From contig JAKMXF010000340.1 of NCBI GenBank assembly GCA_024704765.1, positions 1 to 64,000 on the forward strand: DNA of 64,000 bases, in the 5' to 3' direction. The notes below the pieces were generated by a model. That model saw only the letters and a program-made list of their open reading frames with translations, ran no database searches and was not told where the DNA came from. Numbering within the stretch: position 1 is the first letter of the stretch; each line of letters begins with the position of its first letter. Of the stretch, positions 49,183 to 60,756 are shown one piece after another. The DNA is from Oopsacas minuta (taxonomy: Eukaryota > Animalia > Porifera). The translations under genes and the position numbers were made by a program.

Positions 49183-50172
49183 ATGGCTTCGGAGGCTAGT
49201 GAAGATGATTATGACATTCGTAAACTTATACTAAGCGACGTTGCCGTATTCGAAACTGTTATAGAATGGAATTACCAATTGGATTTCATTCATGACACAA
49301 AATGGGCGCTAAAAATCACCTCAAGTAAACAAAATACAAAACCAATTCCTTCAGATATACCGAATGAACTAAATCTGTTCAAACCAGGTATGCGGATCGA
49401 AGCAATTGACAGGGTATACCCACAATATGTTTGCGTGGCCAGCATTTTACGAGTTATTGGTGATAATGTATTAGTATTTTTTGATGGTTGGTCGAATGCA
49501 TATAACTACTGGTGTCGATATGATAGCCCAGAAATCCGTCCAGCCGGCACAGCACAAAAATTGAATATGCCATTATGCCCACCATCGAGTACGACCCCCG
49601 GGAGCAATTCAAACCTAGAATGGAGAAAAGGTGGAAGTGAATGGAAAGGTTATCTGGAGGTCAAAGGTGCGATAGCTGCGCCGGATCATATATTCGGGAA
49701 ATTAGTCATCCCAGAAGGCAGTGACAAATATTCAGATTTAGCCGAGAAAAAAGATCCAAAATCAATCGTGACAGAAAATGGTATGTTGCCATTGTTTGAG
49801 AACTGCGGACGAATTGTTATGAGGGAGAAAATAAACTTTTCCAAATGTCCTGTCAAAATCAGAGACAGGCTAAAAACTGCAAGAAGATGCATTGTGTGTG
49901 GCGGCCCATTTCTTGTCGGTTTTCATGGCATACTTCCATGGACATCTATCGAATGGATTCGTAGCAAACCTTTCTCAAGGATGAGCATATTATGCTCTGT
50001 AAAATGCGCAGAGAATTTCACCATCTACAATTTCCCTTTTAATGATGACAAACAACAAACTGAACTATCCAATCGTCGTTATTACAATTTTCATAGAACT
50101 TTCTACAACTCAGAACGTAGAGATTTAAAAATCCAGAATAGTCATGCAGAGAGTAAAGGGTTTCGCTATTGA
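49183..50172 (+). CDS. Intronless MBT-repeat protein with a C-terminal BC-box-like and Cys-rich (CxxC...CxxxC) module
   Basis: FKPGMRIEAIDRVYPQYVCVASILRVIGDNVLVFFDGWSNAYNYWCRYDSPEIRPAG is an MBT repeat. The C-terminus reads PLFENCGRIV...CPVKIRDRLKTARRCIVCGG...LCSVKC. Confidence 0.8.
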   Translation: MASEASEDDYDIRKLILSDVAVFETVIEWNYQLDFIHDTKWALKITSSKQNTKPIPSDIPNELNLFKPGMRIEAIDRVYPQYVCVASILRVIGDNVLVFFDGWSNAYNYWCRYDSPEIRPAGTAQKLNMPLCPPSSTTPGSNSNLEWRKGGSEWKGYLEVKGAIAAPDHIFGKLVIPEGSDKYSDLAEKKDPKSIVTENGMLPLFENCGRIVMREKINFSKCPVKIRDRLKTARRCIVCGGPFLVGFHGILPWTSIEWIRSKPFSRMSILCSVKCAENFTIYNFPFNDDKQQTELSNRRYYNFHRTFYNSERRDLKIQNSHAESKGFRY

Positions 50173-50605
50173 ATTCTCTGTTTTTGTATTTTCTTATTCT
50201 AATTGTGTGTAAATATTACTCTTTTGATATAAATCATGATACTGTTCAAACGTTGGATTTGGCCTTTGAGTCATGCACTAGCACCATATGTTCAGTGTAA
50301 AGTCCCCACATTATAAGTAAATATGCACTGAATTCAGGTTTAGAAAATACCTAGCGAACAGGTGTGGTATAGTTAGGCAAAGCAGCGGCGAAGGTGAGGC
50401 ATTTACCATATGTGGCACGTGCTTCATCCTGGGTATGCCTTCTCCTGCCCTCCAAAAAATCTCATGGCCTAAGAACTATCGTCCAAGTGCTCCTCTAACT
50501 AAACAACTTACATAGCCCGAAACCAATTACTGGAATTTGACCCTCAGATTTCAAGGCCATATTATGCCTTATTTCCTCCATACTTTTATCCTAGTTTGAA
50601 ACACT

Positions 50606-52864
50606 ATGTCTTTATCCGGTATCTACATTCTCGATCTGAAAGGCAAGCCTCTAATATCTCGCAGCTATCGTGGAGACACTGAAACGAATATTATCGATAA
50701 ATTCATCAGTCTGGCTTTAGAATCAGAAGAAGAAGGGATCGGCCAGCCTATAGTAACTCATCTCAAGCATACATTTGCTTACATAAAGTATAACAACCTG
50801 TATTTGGTGGGTGTAACCAGACGAAATGCTAATGTAGCGATTATATTCACATTTCTGCACAAATTGCGTGAATGTTTTGTAGGTAAGTTATGTAAGCAAC
50901 TTCGTTATCAAGGACTTGATTCTCCCTTGAAAGTTAGCAAGTATGGGAGCATATAAATAAGTTTATCACTTAGTTGTATGAGCGGACCATGGATATAGTA
51001 TACTCAATAGAACTCTCAGAATTTTAGCATTGGCACTTGTCAGGACCCGAGAAATACTTCTCACAAGTGACAGCAATGGTCTGACAAATACAGTAGAACC
51101 TCGTTAATACGTACACCAAGGGACCGTCGAGGTTGTACTCCTTATCCTGAGTGCGTATTAACCGGAAATTCGTATTAAATGTGTTCGTATTAACGCGGTT
51201 TCACTGTAACAACTTAAAATACTGACACTGCTCTAAATATCCATCATTTCTTATAGAATATTTCCATGAGCTAGAGGAAGAGAGTATCAAAGACAATTTC
51301 GTTCTCATTTACGAGCTATTAGATGAGTTGATGGACTTCGGATATCCCCAAACAACAGAGACAAAAATTTTGAAGGAATTTATCACTCAAGAAAGTCACA
51401 AACTAGTTATCGCTCCGCGTCCTCCACCAGCTGTTACAAATGCTGTTTCTTGGAGAAAAGAAGGTAGCATATTTCATAGATTTTAGCTTGGCATGAACTT
51501 TTCAATTTGTCTGAATGAAATGAAAATTTCCACTAATTTCACTTTTACTTCCTTACATGTTAATACTTGTATTATAATTCAATAGGTATCAAGTACAGGA
51601 AGAATGAATGCTTCCTAGATGTAGTAGAGTCTCTGAATCTTCTCGTTAATGCTAGCGGCACTGTGTTGAGGTCTGAGATACTAGGATCAATCAAACTGAA
51701 GGTTCACCTTACAGGAATGCCAGAATTGAGGTATATACAATGCTCTTTTTAGAACAGCGTTTCCCTACCTTTCCACCCATGGTCCCTCTTACAAACACTG
51801 CAATACAACTTTGAGATCCTGTGGGCAGTGTGCCCTATGCTATCGTTAATGGACCACCAAGGGGTCTGGACCCAGGTTGGGAACCGATGCTTTAGAAATC
51901 ATCTAGTTTCTAACTGCTATAAATGCGAAATAATAGGACTTATACTATCATTATTTACGTATAAATTTACCTTATAGGTTGGGATTGAATGACAAAGTTA
52001 TGTTCGAGAACACAGGTCGTAACACAAACAAAGGTGTTGAATTGGAAGATGTAAAGTTCCATCAGTGTGTGCGGTTATCACGGTTCGATGTTGACCGTAC
52101 TATCTCTTTCATTCCACCAGATGGAGAGTTTGAATTGATGTCATATCGTTTGACAACACCTGTCAAACCAATCATATGGATTGAGACATCAGTTGAACGT
52201 CCGGGTAGAAGTAAAGCTGAGCTGTTGTTGAAAGCTATTGGTCAATTCAAGAAGAAATCTACTGCGAATAATGTGGAGATACTTGTACCAGTCCCCAGTG
52301 ATGCGATCAGCCCCAAGTAAGTGTTATTGCTGTGCTACTTTCATTTCCATTTCGGATGTATATATTTTCGTTGTGTTGTCAGATCATGAACAGAATACTT
52401 TGACCTTGGCATGAACCTTAATCTTTGTGGATACATCAACTGGCTTCCATTGTGATGCTGTATTTTCGAAAGCATTTACTCATATACTGCGGAATTATAG
52501 AATTTCACCCATTTTACTGAGTTATTTATTTCATTATGGTTGATTATAAAATGATTTTCTTAGGTTTAGTTGTCCTTATGGCATAGCTACTTATCGACCT
52601 GATCTATCCGCAATACGTTGGATTATAAAGTCATTTCCTGGTGGCAAAGAATACCCTCTCTATCTTCGCTACAACTTACCCTCCATCCAGGCAGAAGACA
52701 CGGAAGCAAAGGCCCCAATAACCGTGAAATTTGAGATACCATATTTCACTACATCTGGTATTCAAGTTCGTTATCTTAAAATTATGGAGAAGAGCGGTTA
52801 TCAAGCTCTACCCTGGGTGAGATATATAACACAAAATGGAGACTATCAAATTCGCTCAAACTAG
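50606..52864 (+). CDS. AP1M1: AP-1 complex mu subunit, multi-exon
   Basis: MSLSGIYILDLKGKPLISRSYRGD, DNFVLIYELLDELMDFGYPQ, GVELEDVKFHQCVRLSRFD, and a last exon with YQALPWVRYITQNGDYQIR. Confidence 0.96.
51093..51208. mobile_element. TA-flanked MITE with TIR CAGTAGAACCTCGTTAATACG / CGTATTAACGCGGTTTCACTG, in an AP1M1 intron
   Basis: Imperfect terminal inverted repeats with TA flanks; ends related to family A. Confidence 0.65.
51755..51889. mobile_element. hAT-type MITE (family D) in an AP1M1 intron
   Basis: TIR CAGCGTTTCCCTACCT / AGGTTGGGAACCGATG with near-perfect 8-bp flanks TTTTAGAA / CTTTAGAA (a TSD length typical of hAT). Internal sequence is shared with 44140-44220 and 59925-60065. Confidence 0.75.
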
Positions 52865-53239
52865 GTGAATTTATACTTGTATTTGGACTTGCAAATGATT
52901 GCTACACAAAGTGAATATTATAGTTGATTATTATTGTAGATATATATCAAAGTATTGAAGTGATCTAATACTTTACATAAGAGTTCTAATTTATTTTAAG
53001 CACTGATTATGATTACAGGGGTCAGTGAATGCCGGTTATAAGAACACTTATTGTTATTCCCAATGGAGTTGCTATAACCAACTTCTACTGTACAATACTT
53101 TCTGTAATCATAATCGTAACAGTAATCATTCATTGTAATCAATGTTTGATGTATTGCCAAATATTTCTAAATTTGCATGTAAGCTATATTATTGCGTTTC
53201 TAAATAGCTATATTATTTCGTCACCTGACTAGCCTAAAT

Positions 53240-54265
53240 ATGAGTGTGCACACCACTCCATTCGAAGCAGAGATATCCCTAACAGCTGATCAACCACCAG
53301 AACTACCTGAACACATCAAACTAGCACCAAAAGATCTCACCTACATTTCAGATAGATTACAACTAATAGAACCAACCATCCTATATAACCTGATACAGCA
53401 ATATATACAGTCAAATCATGATCCAAACACCCTACTAATCATAGACGTGCGTACCTCAGAGCAATACATACATGACCATATTTTACACTCTATATGGTGT
53501 GGAGCTATAGGGGAAAAGTCCACCTTCACAATACCTTATGATATAGAGTTTGAGACTTTAGAGAATTTAGTTGTGATAGATAATTCTGCTGTAACCAACC
53601 TGGATGAACACAGCATAGCTTGTAAGTATGGTATAGCAATAGCACCGAGGTTGAAAGGTAAAATTATGATAGTTATGGGTGGATATGAAAGATTTTCGGC
53701 TGAATATCCATTTTTACGTACCGAGAAAGTTAACTACACGTCCCTAGAGCTTAAAAGTGTCCATCAGTTGCCGAGTGAAGTTATACCATTGTTGTTGTAT
53801 ATTGGTTGTCAAGGTATGATGCGGAATGTTGATATAAACCGCGATTTGAAAATAAAAAGTCATATTTTCGCATTCCCGAAAGATGATTACACAGAGCAGA
53901 GAGGAATATCGTATTTGCACGTGAATTTCAATGACGTCACAGATTTTAATACACTTTTCAATCAGTGTTTTGATTTTATAGAATTATATAGACATCGTGC
54001 TGAACGAACCTTAATCGCCTGTCCATTAAGTATCAATGAATCAGCTGTTCTAGCATGTGGTTATCTAATGAAGAGATATCGTATGAGTCTGCTCAAGGCT
54101 TATAGTCAGGTGAAGAAATGTTTGCATTCCATTCGTCCAAATACATCACTAATACGAGCATTGTTAGAGTATGAAAAAACATTATTCAGTGACGTCACGT
54201 TGTATTCTAATGCGAAGGAAGTTATGCGATTAGTTAGACTCGAATCATCTCCATTTTATCTATAA
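53240..54265 (+). CDS. STYXL1: STYXL1/MK-STYX-like rhodanese plus dual-specificity pseudophosphatase, intronless
   Basis: LLIIDVRTSEQYIHDHI, GGYERFSAEYPFLRT, RDLKIKSH and AYSQVKKCLHSIRPNTSLIRALLEYEK match MK-STYX architecture. The active-site loop lacks CX5R. Confidence 0.85.
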   Translation: MSVHTTPFEAEISLTADQPPELPEHIKLAPKDLTYISDRLQLIEPTILYNLIQQYIQSNHDPNTLLIIDVRTSEQYIHDHILHSIWCGAIGEKSTFTIPYDIEFETLENLVVIDNSAVTNLDEHSIACKYGIAIAPRLKGKIMIVMGGYERFSAEYPFLRTEKVNYTSLELKSVHQLPSEVIPLLLYIGCQGMMRNVDINRDLKIKSHIFAFPKDDYTEQRGISYLHVNFNDVTDFNTLFNQCFDFIELYRHRAERTLIACPLSINESAVLACGYLMKRYRMSLLKAYSQVKKCLHSIRPNTSLIRALLEYEKTLFSDVTLYSNAKEVMRLVRLESSPFYL

Positions 54266-54488
54266 TCTATACTTTCTTCTCACATACAAACCTATTTCGC
54301 TTTTCATTAAATATTCTTGTAATATTCACTTATTTTATTATTTTAATTGTAACACAACTGTTATTAGATGACGTAATCTATGAACTAGCCTGAGTTGCTA
54401 TTTATGGATGAATTGAGTGTATTTATACATTATTTCCTTATCAATACACAGTTTATATATTTAGCTCTTATAACCTTACACATATACA

Positions 54489-55724
54489 ATGGGTGGAGGA
54501 GATTTGAACATGAAGAAGAGCTGGCATCCCAGCACGTTCAAGAACCAGGAACGTGTATGGCAGGCTGAAATGAAAGATTTAGCAGAGAAAACTCGTATAG
54601 AAGAACTCAAGAAGGAGATAGCTAATGAAAGGGCTAAGGAAGATATGAGGAGGATGGCAGAGGATAGTGGTAAGAATTGTACATTTCTATCCGTGATTAA
54701 CACACGTTTTAGCCAATTCTCTGGGTTTGTGTACAGTAGATACCGGTTGTAAGAGCCCTCTTGGGAGTAGCGTTACATGTTCTTATAGCCAGCATAAATA
54801 TACAGGAATATATATGAGAACCGTTTTCCAAAGGATGGTGCTTATATCTGGAATTTTCTTTTTACCAGCATCTACTGAATTGTATTTTCTCTACTTATAG
54901 GTGCTGTAAGAAAGAAGACTCAGCGCTTAGAATGGATGTACAAAGGAGCTATCGGAGTCACTACTGAATCAGAACGTGAAGAGTATTTACTCGGCAAACC
55001 AATTGACCGACAAGTTGATGTTCTAATCCAGGAGAGGGAGAAAGAAGAGGAAGAATTAAAGACAAAAGAAGGAGCACTTTTCATGAAAAAAGGTAAGACT
55101 AGTTTTGCAAAAGATTTAGCTGTGAAAATTCGCGAGGATCCGTTACTTGCTATAAAGCAAAAGGAAGAAGAGAGGAAACAATTAATATTAAATAACCCAT
55201 TGAAGCTTAAAAAACTGCGAAAATATCTTGAGCAGAAAGAAAAGAAAAACAAGCAAGTTTTCAATGCTAAAACACCAAAAATTCCCAGTGGAAATGCCGA
55301 ATTTAATGATAGGGCAGTGCATAATCATAATCACAACAAACGTAGTTATATTGACACCAAGGATCAAACACCCGTTAAAAGGTTTAAGAGAGAGTATAAA
55401 CGTGACGTCACGTATTTTAGCCATGCAAAACATGCTGAAAGTAACCGCTATAATGACGATTTAGAGAAAAAACGCGAAGAGATGATGGCATCAGCCACGG
55501 AAAGAGATTCTGAACTCACAAAGCGCGTTACAAAAATACGCGAAAAACTTAAGAATGAAGAAGCACGCGAAAAATATCGCCCACAGCGCAATTTCACACA
55601 AGATCTACGTAAAGATACACATAAGGTTTATGACAAGCTAGATTTAGAAATGAGCATTAAACGGAATAAGTATAAAATCCAACGGAATACTTCTGAATTG
55701 GAAGAAAGCTTTCAACGTAGATAA
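54489..55724 (+). CDS. CWC25: Pre-mRNA splicing factor CWC25, 2 exons
   Basis: MGGGDLNMKKSWHP...RVWQAE, RLEWMY, EEYLLGKPID and KIREDPLLAIK. Confidence 0.95.
54737..54874. mobile_element. MITE family B (~135 bp; TIR approximately ATACCGGTTATAAGAG; internal CCAGAGGATGG motif), here in the CWC25 intron
   Basis: The same sequence recurs at ~2906-2998, 5787-5900, 18369-18440, 27360-27450, 27570-27650 (reverse) and 36780-36880, almost all intronic or intergenic. Confidence 0.75.
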
Positions 55725-56195
55725 ATGTTCATATACAAATTTATACTTCATGGATTATTATACTATACTTATTTGATCCTTTCCATAACTTAATAAATAT
55801 CTTCTGAGTGAATATGAGAGTATTGCTTGTTTGATGTACTTTTCATGGTTGTTTGTGAGATTTTGGGGAGTCAATTCGATCATTTTATCTGAGTCTATAA
55901 CGTCCCTGTGCTTGTATAAATTTGACGAAACATGGTTCTAAGCTTGACCTGTATAGCGTTTACGCAAAGTGCGTATACAGCTACAGTCAACTCTCGTTAT
56001 ATCCAACACAGATGAAATAAAATACTCGCTTATATCGAAACCTTAAATTGTACTAATATGGTCACAAACCGTCAAAGTAACATATCTTTCATCGGTTATA
56101 GCGAAGGAATTATCGCGGTTCCTTGAGCTTCGATTTAATAGGAGTTGAAAGTATTTAAACTCTAAATTGCCAATATATTAGCCAATACATTTCAA

Positions 56196-57815
56196 ATGCC
56201 CCAAACTCCTGAACAAATAGACTTATTCTCCCAACCACACTCTCAAATGAGGAAGTTAGTTGAGAAAATAAACTATGCTCTACACCGCACTAACTTTGAC
56301 GATAACATTGCATTTTCGAAACTAATCGCTTCTCTCAATAATTCATTCGCACAGTTGGACAAACACGAGAGAATTGAGATAGAGCATATTGTCAATAATT
56401 TATCACTACGTCTGCCTAGTGATACAAGTGTGCTGAAGGAATTTAAGCATCATACTTCAGGTCACTGCCATTTGGAGCAGGTAGGAATTGAATTTGTACC
56501 ATCAATTTTCTGATTATAATAGCTAAAGTTATGTGAGAATTTGCGAGAAATTCTATACTTTAATGAATGCGTTTTGGCGCGTATTTTTAAGCTCCAAGTT
56601 TATAGGCTTAAGCTCAACAATCAGAAAATTATGGTAAATATAAATACGAAATATTAATTCTAAATTTCGATGATTTAGGTACAAAAGATTCTAGCTAAAG
56701 GCGGTAAGTTAATCAACACAGGACAGAGGAAAGATCGCAAACTATTCAAACGTGAATTAATCCGAGAAGTCCGTGTATTCATAAAAGAATATTTCCCACA
56801 CATGGAGGAAGAAGAATGCATCTTCCAGCCTTTATTAATGCAGTATTTCACCGAAAACGAACTCATTCAGCTTCACATTAAAATCATTGAACTCCACCAA
56901 ACTCTATCATCTCCTCCATCTACTAGAAAATCCTACGACAATTCATGTCATATTATACACGCTCCTAACGAAGTCATCGTTAAGATACTAAGCCATTTAG
57001 CTATCAGAGACTTATTAACAGTATCACAATCATGCAAGCGTTTCCAAATCCTTTCATATACTCCTGTCCTATGGAAAAATCTCCATGTATCAAACTGGGC
57101 CAACAGAATCTACACGAACAAAATACCTCCGATGATCCCACTTGGCAAACACTCTATTGATTCATTTGAATCCGCTGAGAGAGTTCAAACAATTTTAACG
57201 TTTATCATTAAAAAAGTGATTCCTCTATGTGGAAATAGCATTGAATCATTAGTCGTTAACAGTATACAGTCAGTACGTTCTAACATGCTTCTTACCATCC
57301 TACAAGCTTGCCCCAACATACAACATATTGATTTCTCATATACAGATATAAATGACTTAGTTTTTGGGCAACCACATCTCGCATTGAAACTCCCAAATCT
57401 GACTCATATTAATCTTACTAATTGCCATTCGATAACTGATAAAACACTTCAGCGAATATCACGGGCGATATGCTATCCTTCTTCCACGGCAAATAGAGAT
57501 ACGCCTGATGGCTTCAATATATACAGTCCTCTTAAATTCCTTAGTTTATCTGGTTGCTATCGTCTCAGTTGCACTGGTTTTAAATCCATGCTCACCACAC
57601 GTATTTTTGATGACTTAGTATATCTTGATTTATCAGGTTGCCCAAATGTAGGAGGCAATGTATTATCTAGTCTTGTCAATCAATGCCCAAACCTTGATCC
57701 TGAGAACTTGTATTATTGTGATAATACCCTAGACGGACCCTGTGCGGACATCGCTTCTGGGTGTTTGAATCGTGGCGATAGCAATAAGTTCTGCTGTATG
57801 CAGATGCTGGATTAA
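56196..57815 (+). CDS. FBXL5: FBXL5 iron/oxygen-sensing F-box protein: hemerythrin-like N-terminus, F-box, LRRs and C-terminal Cys cluster; 2 exons
   Basis: DLFSQPH...KHERIE...PHMEEEECIFQPLLMQYF (hemerythrin), an F-box, and the C-terminus LYYCDNTLDGPCADIASGCLNRGDSNKFCC. Confidence 0.93.
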
Positions 57816-58295
57816 TTATATATGTGTAGAAGAGAGAGAATATATTTGGTTTTAATATGTTTTACATGTCACTCTCCCTTCTTTTCACTCAGTAATCCCT
57901 TATTTTTTTCAATCCACATTATTTATACTTGTATTGCATACTCCAGTAGTCTTGTTTATGATGTTCGCGCCACTGCCCACACAGTTTTGGATTAAGAGTT
58001 GAAACTTGGCCAAATTATTTACTGTAACATGTAGATTTACACCTAGTCTACGACTAATTATTCATCTGACGCCACCTGCCACATATTAATTATTGGAATT
58101 TTTAGTCAAGTCAAAGCTCCATGACCGAAAAAAGGGCAAATAAGACCAAATTTGATCATAAAGGTGTTGCGTTGGTCGTGATTCAGAATTGTTTAACAAC
58201 AATATACCACATGAAAGATTGATAAACATAGCCACTGATATCTTCTATCTTTTCGAAGCTTTATATTATCCCATAAATAATTAGCGATTATAATT

Positions 58296-60536
58296 ATGGA
58301 CCAGAATAAAGTGAATCTATTCGACTACCACGAAAGAATGGTATGGAATCAACGTAAGAAAAACCTACCCGTTACCCTCGTTACAGGATTCCTAGGTGTA
58401 GGCAAAACTACTCTCCTACAGCATATCCTAGGGCAAAAGAGAAATCTTAAAATAGCTGTGGCAGTGAACGACTTGGCACAGGTTAATATTGATTCACAGA
58501 TAATTGAGCGTAAATACAGGGCAACTATTGGTGAGTTTTTCTACAGTCGAAATCTGTTTTCTTTTGCACTGCAAAATGAACGAGAAAAGACGCAAAAACC
58601 TGATTTCGACTGTAGTAGACAGATAAGTTTTTTTCACAAATTCCAATGTTTTACACTTAGTTTGAGCAGAGTTGAAACGTTGGATTATTTTAGGTGCTTT
58701 GAAGGATGTTTCTGATGGATGTGCTTGCTGTAACAAACATGCAATATTTCAGGATTATGTATGGCAAGATATCCAACAAATGGATGATGGGAAATTCGAT
58801 TATTTGTTAGTTGAGACCAGTGGTGTAACAGATCCATTGTCAATAATAGCTTCTTTAGAGAAAAACTTTGGGAAATTATTTAGAGCTCATCTTGATACAG
58901 TAGTTACAGTACTGGATGCTGACACAACATTAATGTTTATCAAAAATCAAGATGATACCTCTACGAAAAGGTTTGTATAGTACAGTGTAACTCTATAAAC
59001 GGGAAATTGGCAGAAACGTCGAAATAGCGTAGAATTGGTACGCAATATGTTCATTTAAGGTTATACTGTAGGCAATATGTTCATTCGATTGATATTTTTG
59101 CTTTTAGTGTATATTCCTCATTCAATGAAGTATTGAAGCACTCATCAGTATTCCTATCACAGATCAAACTAGCTGATGTTGTTTTGTTGAATAAAACGGA
59201 TTTGCTTGAAAACCAAGAAGATATACAAATTATCAACGATTTTCTTGCAAAGATTGCTCCAGGAATCAGAGTAATACCTGCGAAATATGGAATTGTTCCT
59301 CTGCAATGTGTCTTAGGTAACTTTAAGTTGTTCTAAAGCTTTCTGCACTGGAATTTCCGGTTGCAATTTTACACTAGCTTTACAAATCCTGGAGCTTCCC
59401 CATGACAGAAATTCACATCTCTTTCGCATATCGCATGGATTTGTCCTTCTAGGGTAGTTTCCTTCTTTCATGATAATTCTTTCTAGGTGTCAGTCCATCG
59501 GATTCCGGTCCTGGAGCTGTATCACATGATCGTGTTACCGAAGAATTCACAATAAATGCTCATTATTCTAAACTTCCTGCAAAACAGCGGATCTTACCAT
59601 CAATTGAACCTAATCCTGATCACCTTAAGCAAGATTTAATTTCTTCAACTGTCTTCACTAGCTTTGAACCTTTTTTACATTCGCTATTTCAGAAATTTCT
59701 CAAATCAATACAAACAGGAAAATTTGGAAAAATCATAAGAATCAAAGGAAGTATTTGGTTTCAGAATTCCAATGGTCGTACATATACATTTAATTTGAGT
59801 GGTAGGATGCGCTTTGATTTAGAAATTGATCCAACTCTTCATATTAAGCAGCAGTCTAAGAATCAACTAGTTATAATAGGTAGGTCTGTATTATGTATGA
59901 ACAATTGGTTTCTCGATCAATTAGTTGTTCCCAATTTGGGGTCAATTGACTCCTTCATGGTCCACGTACGACAGAAGGGAGTCCACAGGATCTTAAATAC
60001 TGTATTGTAGTCTATAGGAGGGTTCACAAAATGCGTTGAAATTTGTATAGAAAAAGTTCTGGAACATATACATGTATTTCATTTGACCTTATATAGGTAT
60101 GGATCTTAGGGAAGACGACATACTCAATGCTTTATCCGCATGCTTCAAGGATTCATCACCCATCAATGAATCGTCTAAAGAGTTTGTTTCCACCCTCCAA
60201 GAACATACTATGTTTCAAACTTTCACACAAGACACAACTCAGCCTATAGTTGTATTCAGATTGGTTGGCATAGTAGAATTCGGCATTACAATTGAACAGG
60301 CTGAGAATGAGTACAGGATTAACCTCAACCAAATGAATTTAGATTTGGCTAGAGCTATAAACATGGGCAAAACTCACCATATAGCTATTCCCATACAAAT
60401 AGATGACAACGTTATTTGTATTGGCATTGCAGTTGATGAGGAATTCGGTAGTTTAATCCCGGGATTAATTGAGAGTGCTGAAAGGTTAAAAAGTAATTAT
60501 TTCATAGGTGTAAAGACATGTAAATGTGGTTGGTAA
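58296..60536 (+). CDS. COG0523/CobW-family G3E metallochaperone GTPase with a C-terminal extension, multi-exon
   Basis: Walker A GFLGVGKTT, VNDLAQVNID, CxCC (GCACC), ETSG and NKTD, plus a CobW_C-like region (IIRIKGSIWF...FNLSGRMRFDL...NQLVIIG). Confidence 0.88.
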
Positions 60537-60756
60537 CATTAAAAGTTATATAATTTTTGAATGTTGATTTTATGGAATCTCTTAATTAGTGGAAATTAAG
60601 TAAGGGTTGATTTGTGAATATTTCAATCTCTGCCGGCAGCATTGCACTTTAGTGAATTTCAATTAACATAATGTATTGTCGGCGGAGATTGTAATTTTGT
60701 ATTTCCCATCATTATAATCTTTTTATTCAGTTGGATGTAGTTGTGTGCTAGATTCT

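Noticed and set aside
54920-55464. Overlapping alternative ORFs in CWC25
   Set aside because: Antisense or out-of-frame shadows of a conserved gene.
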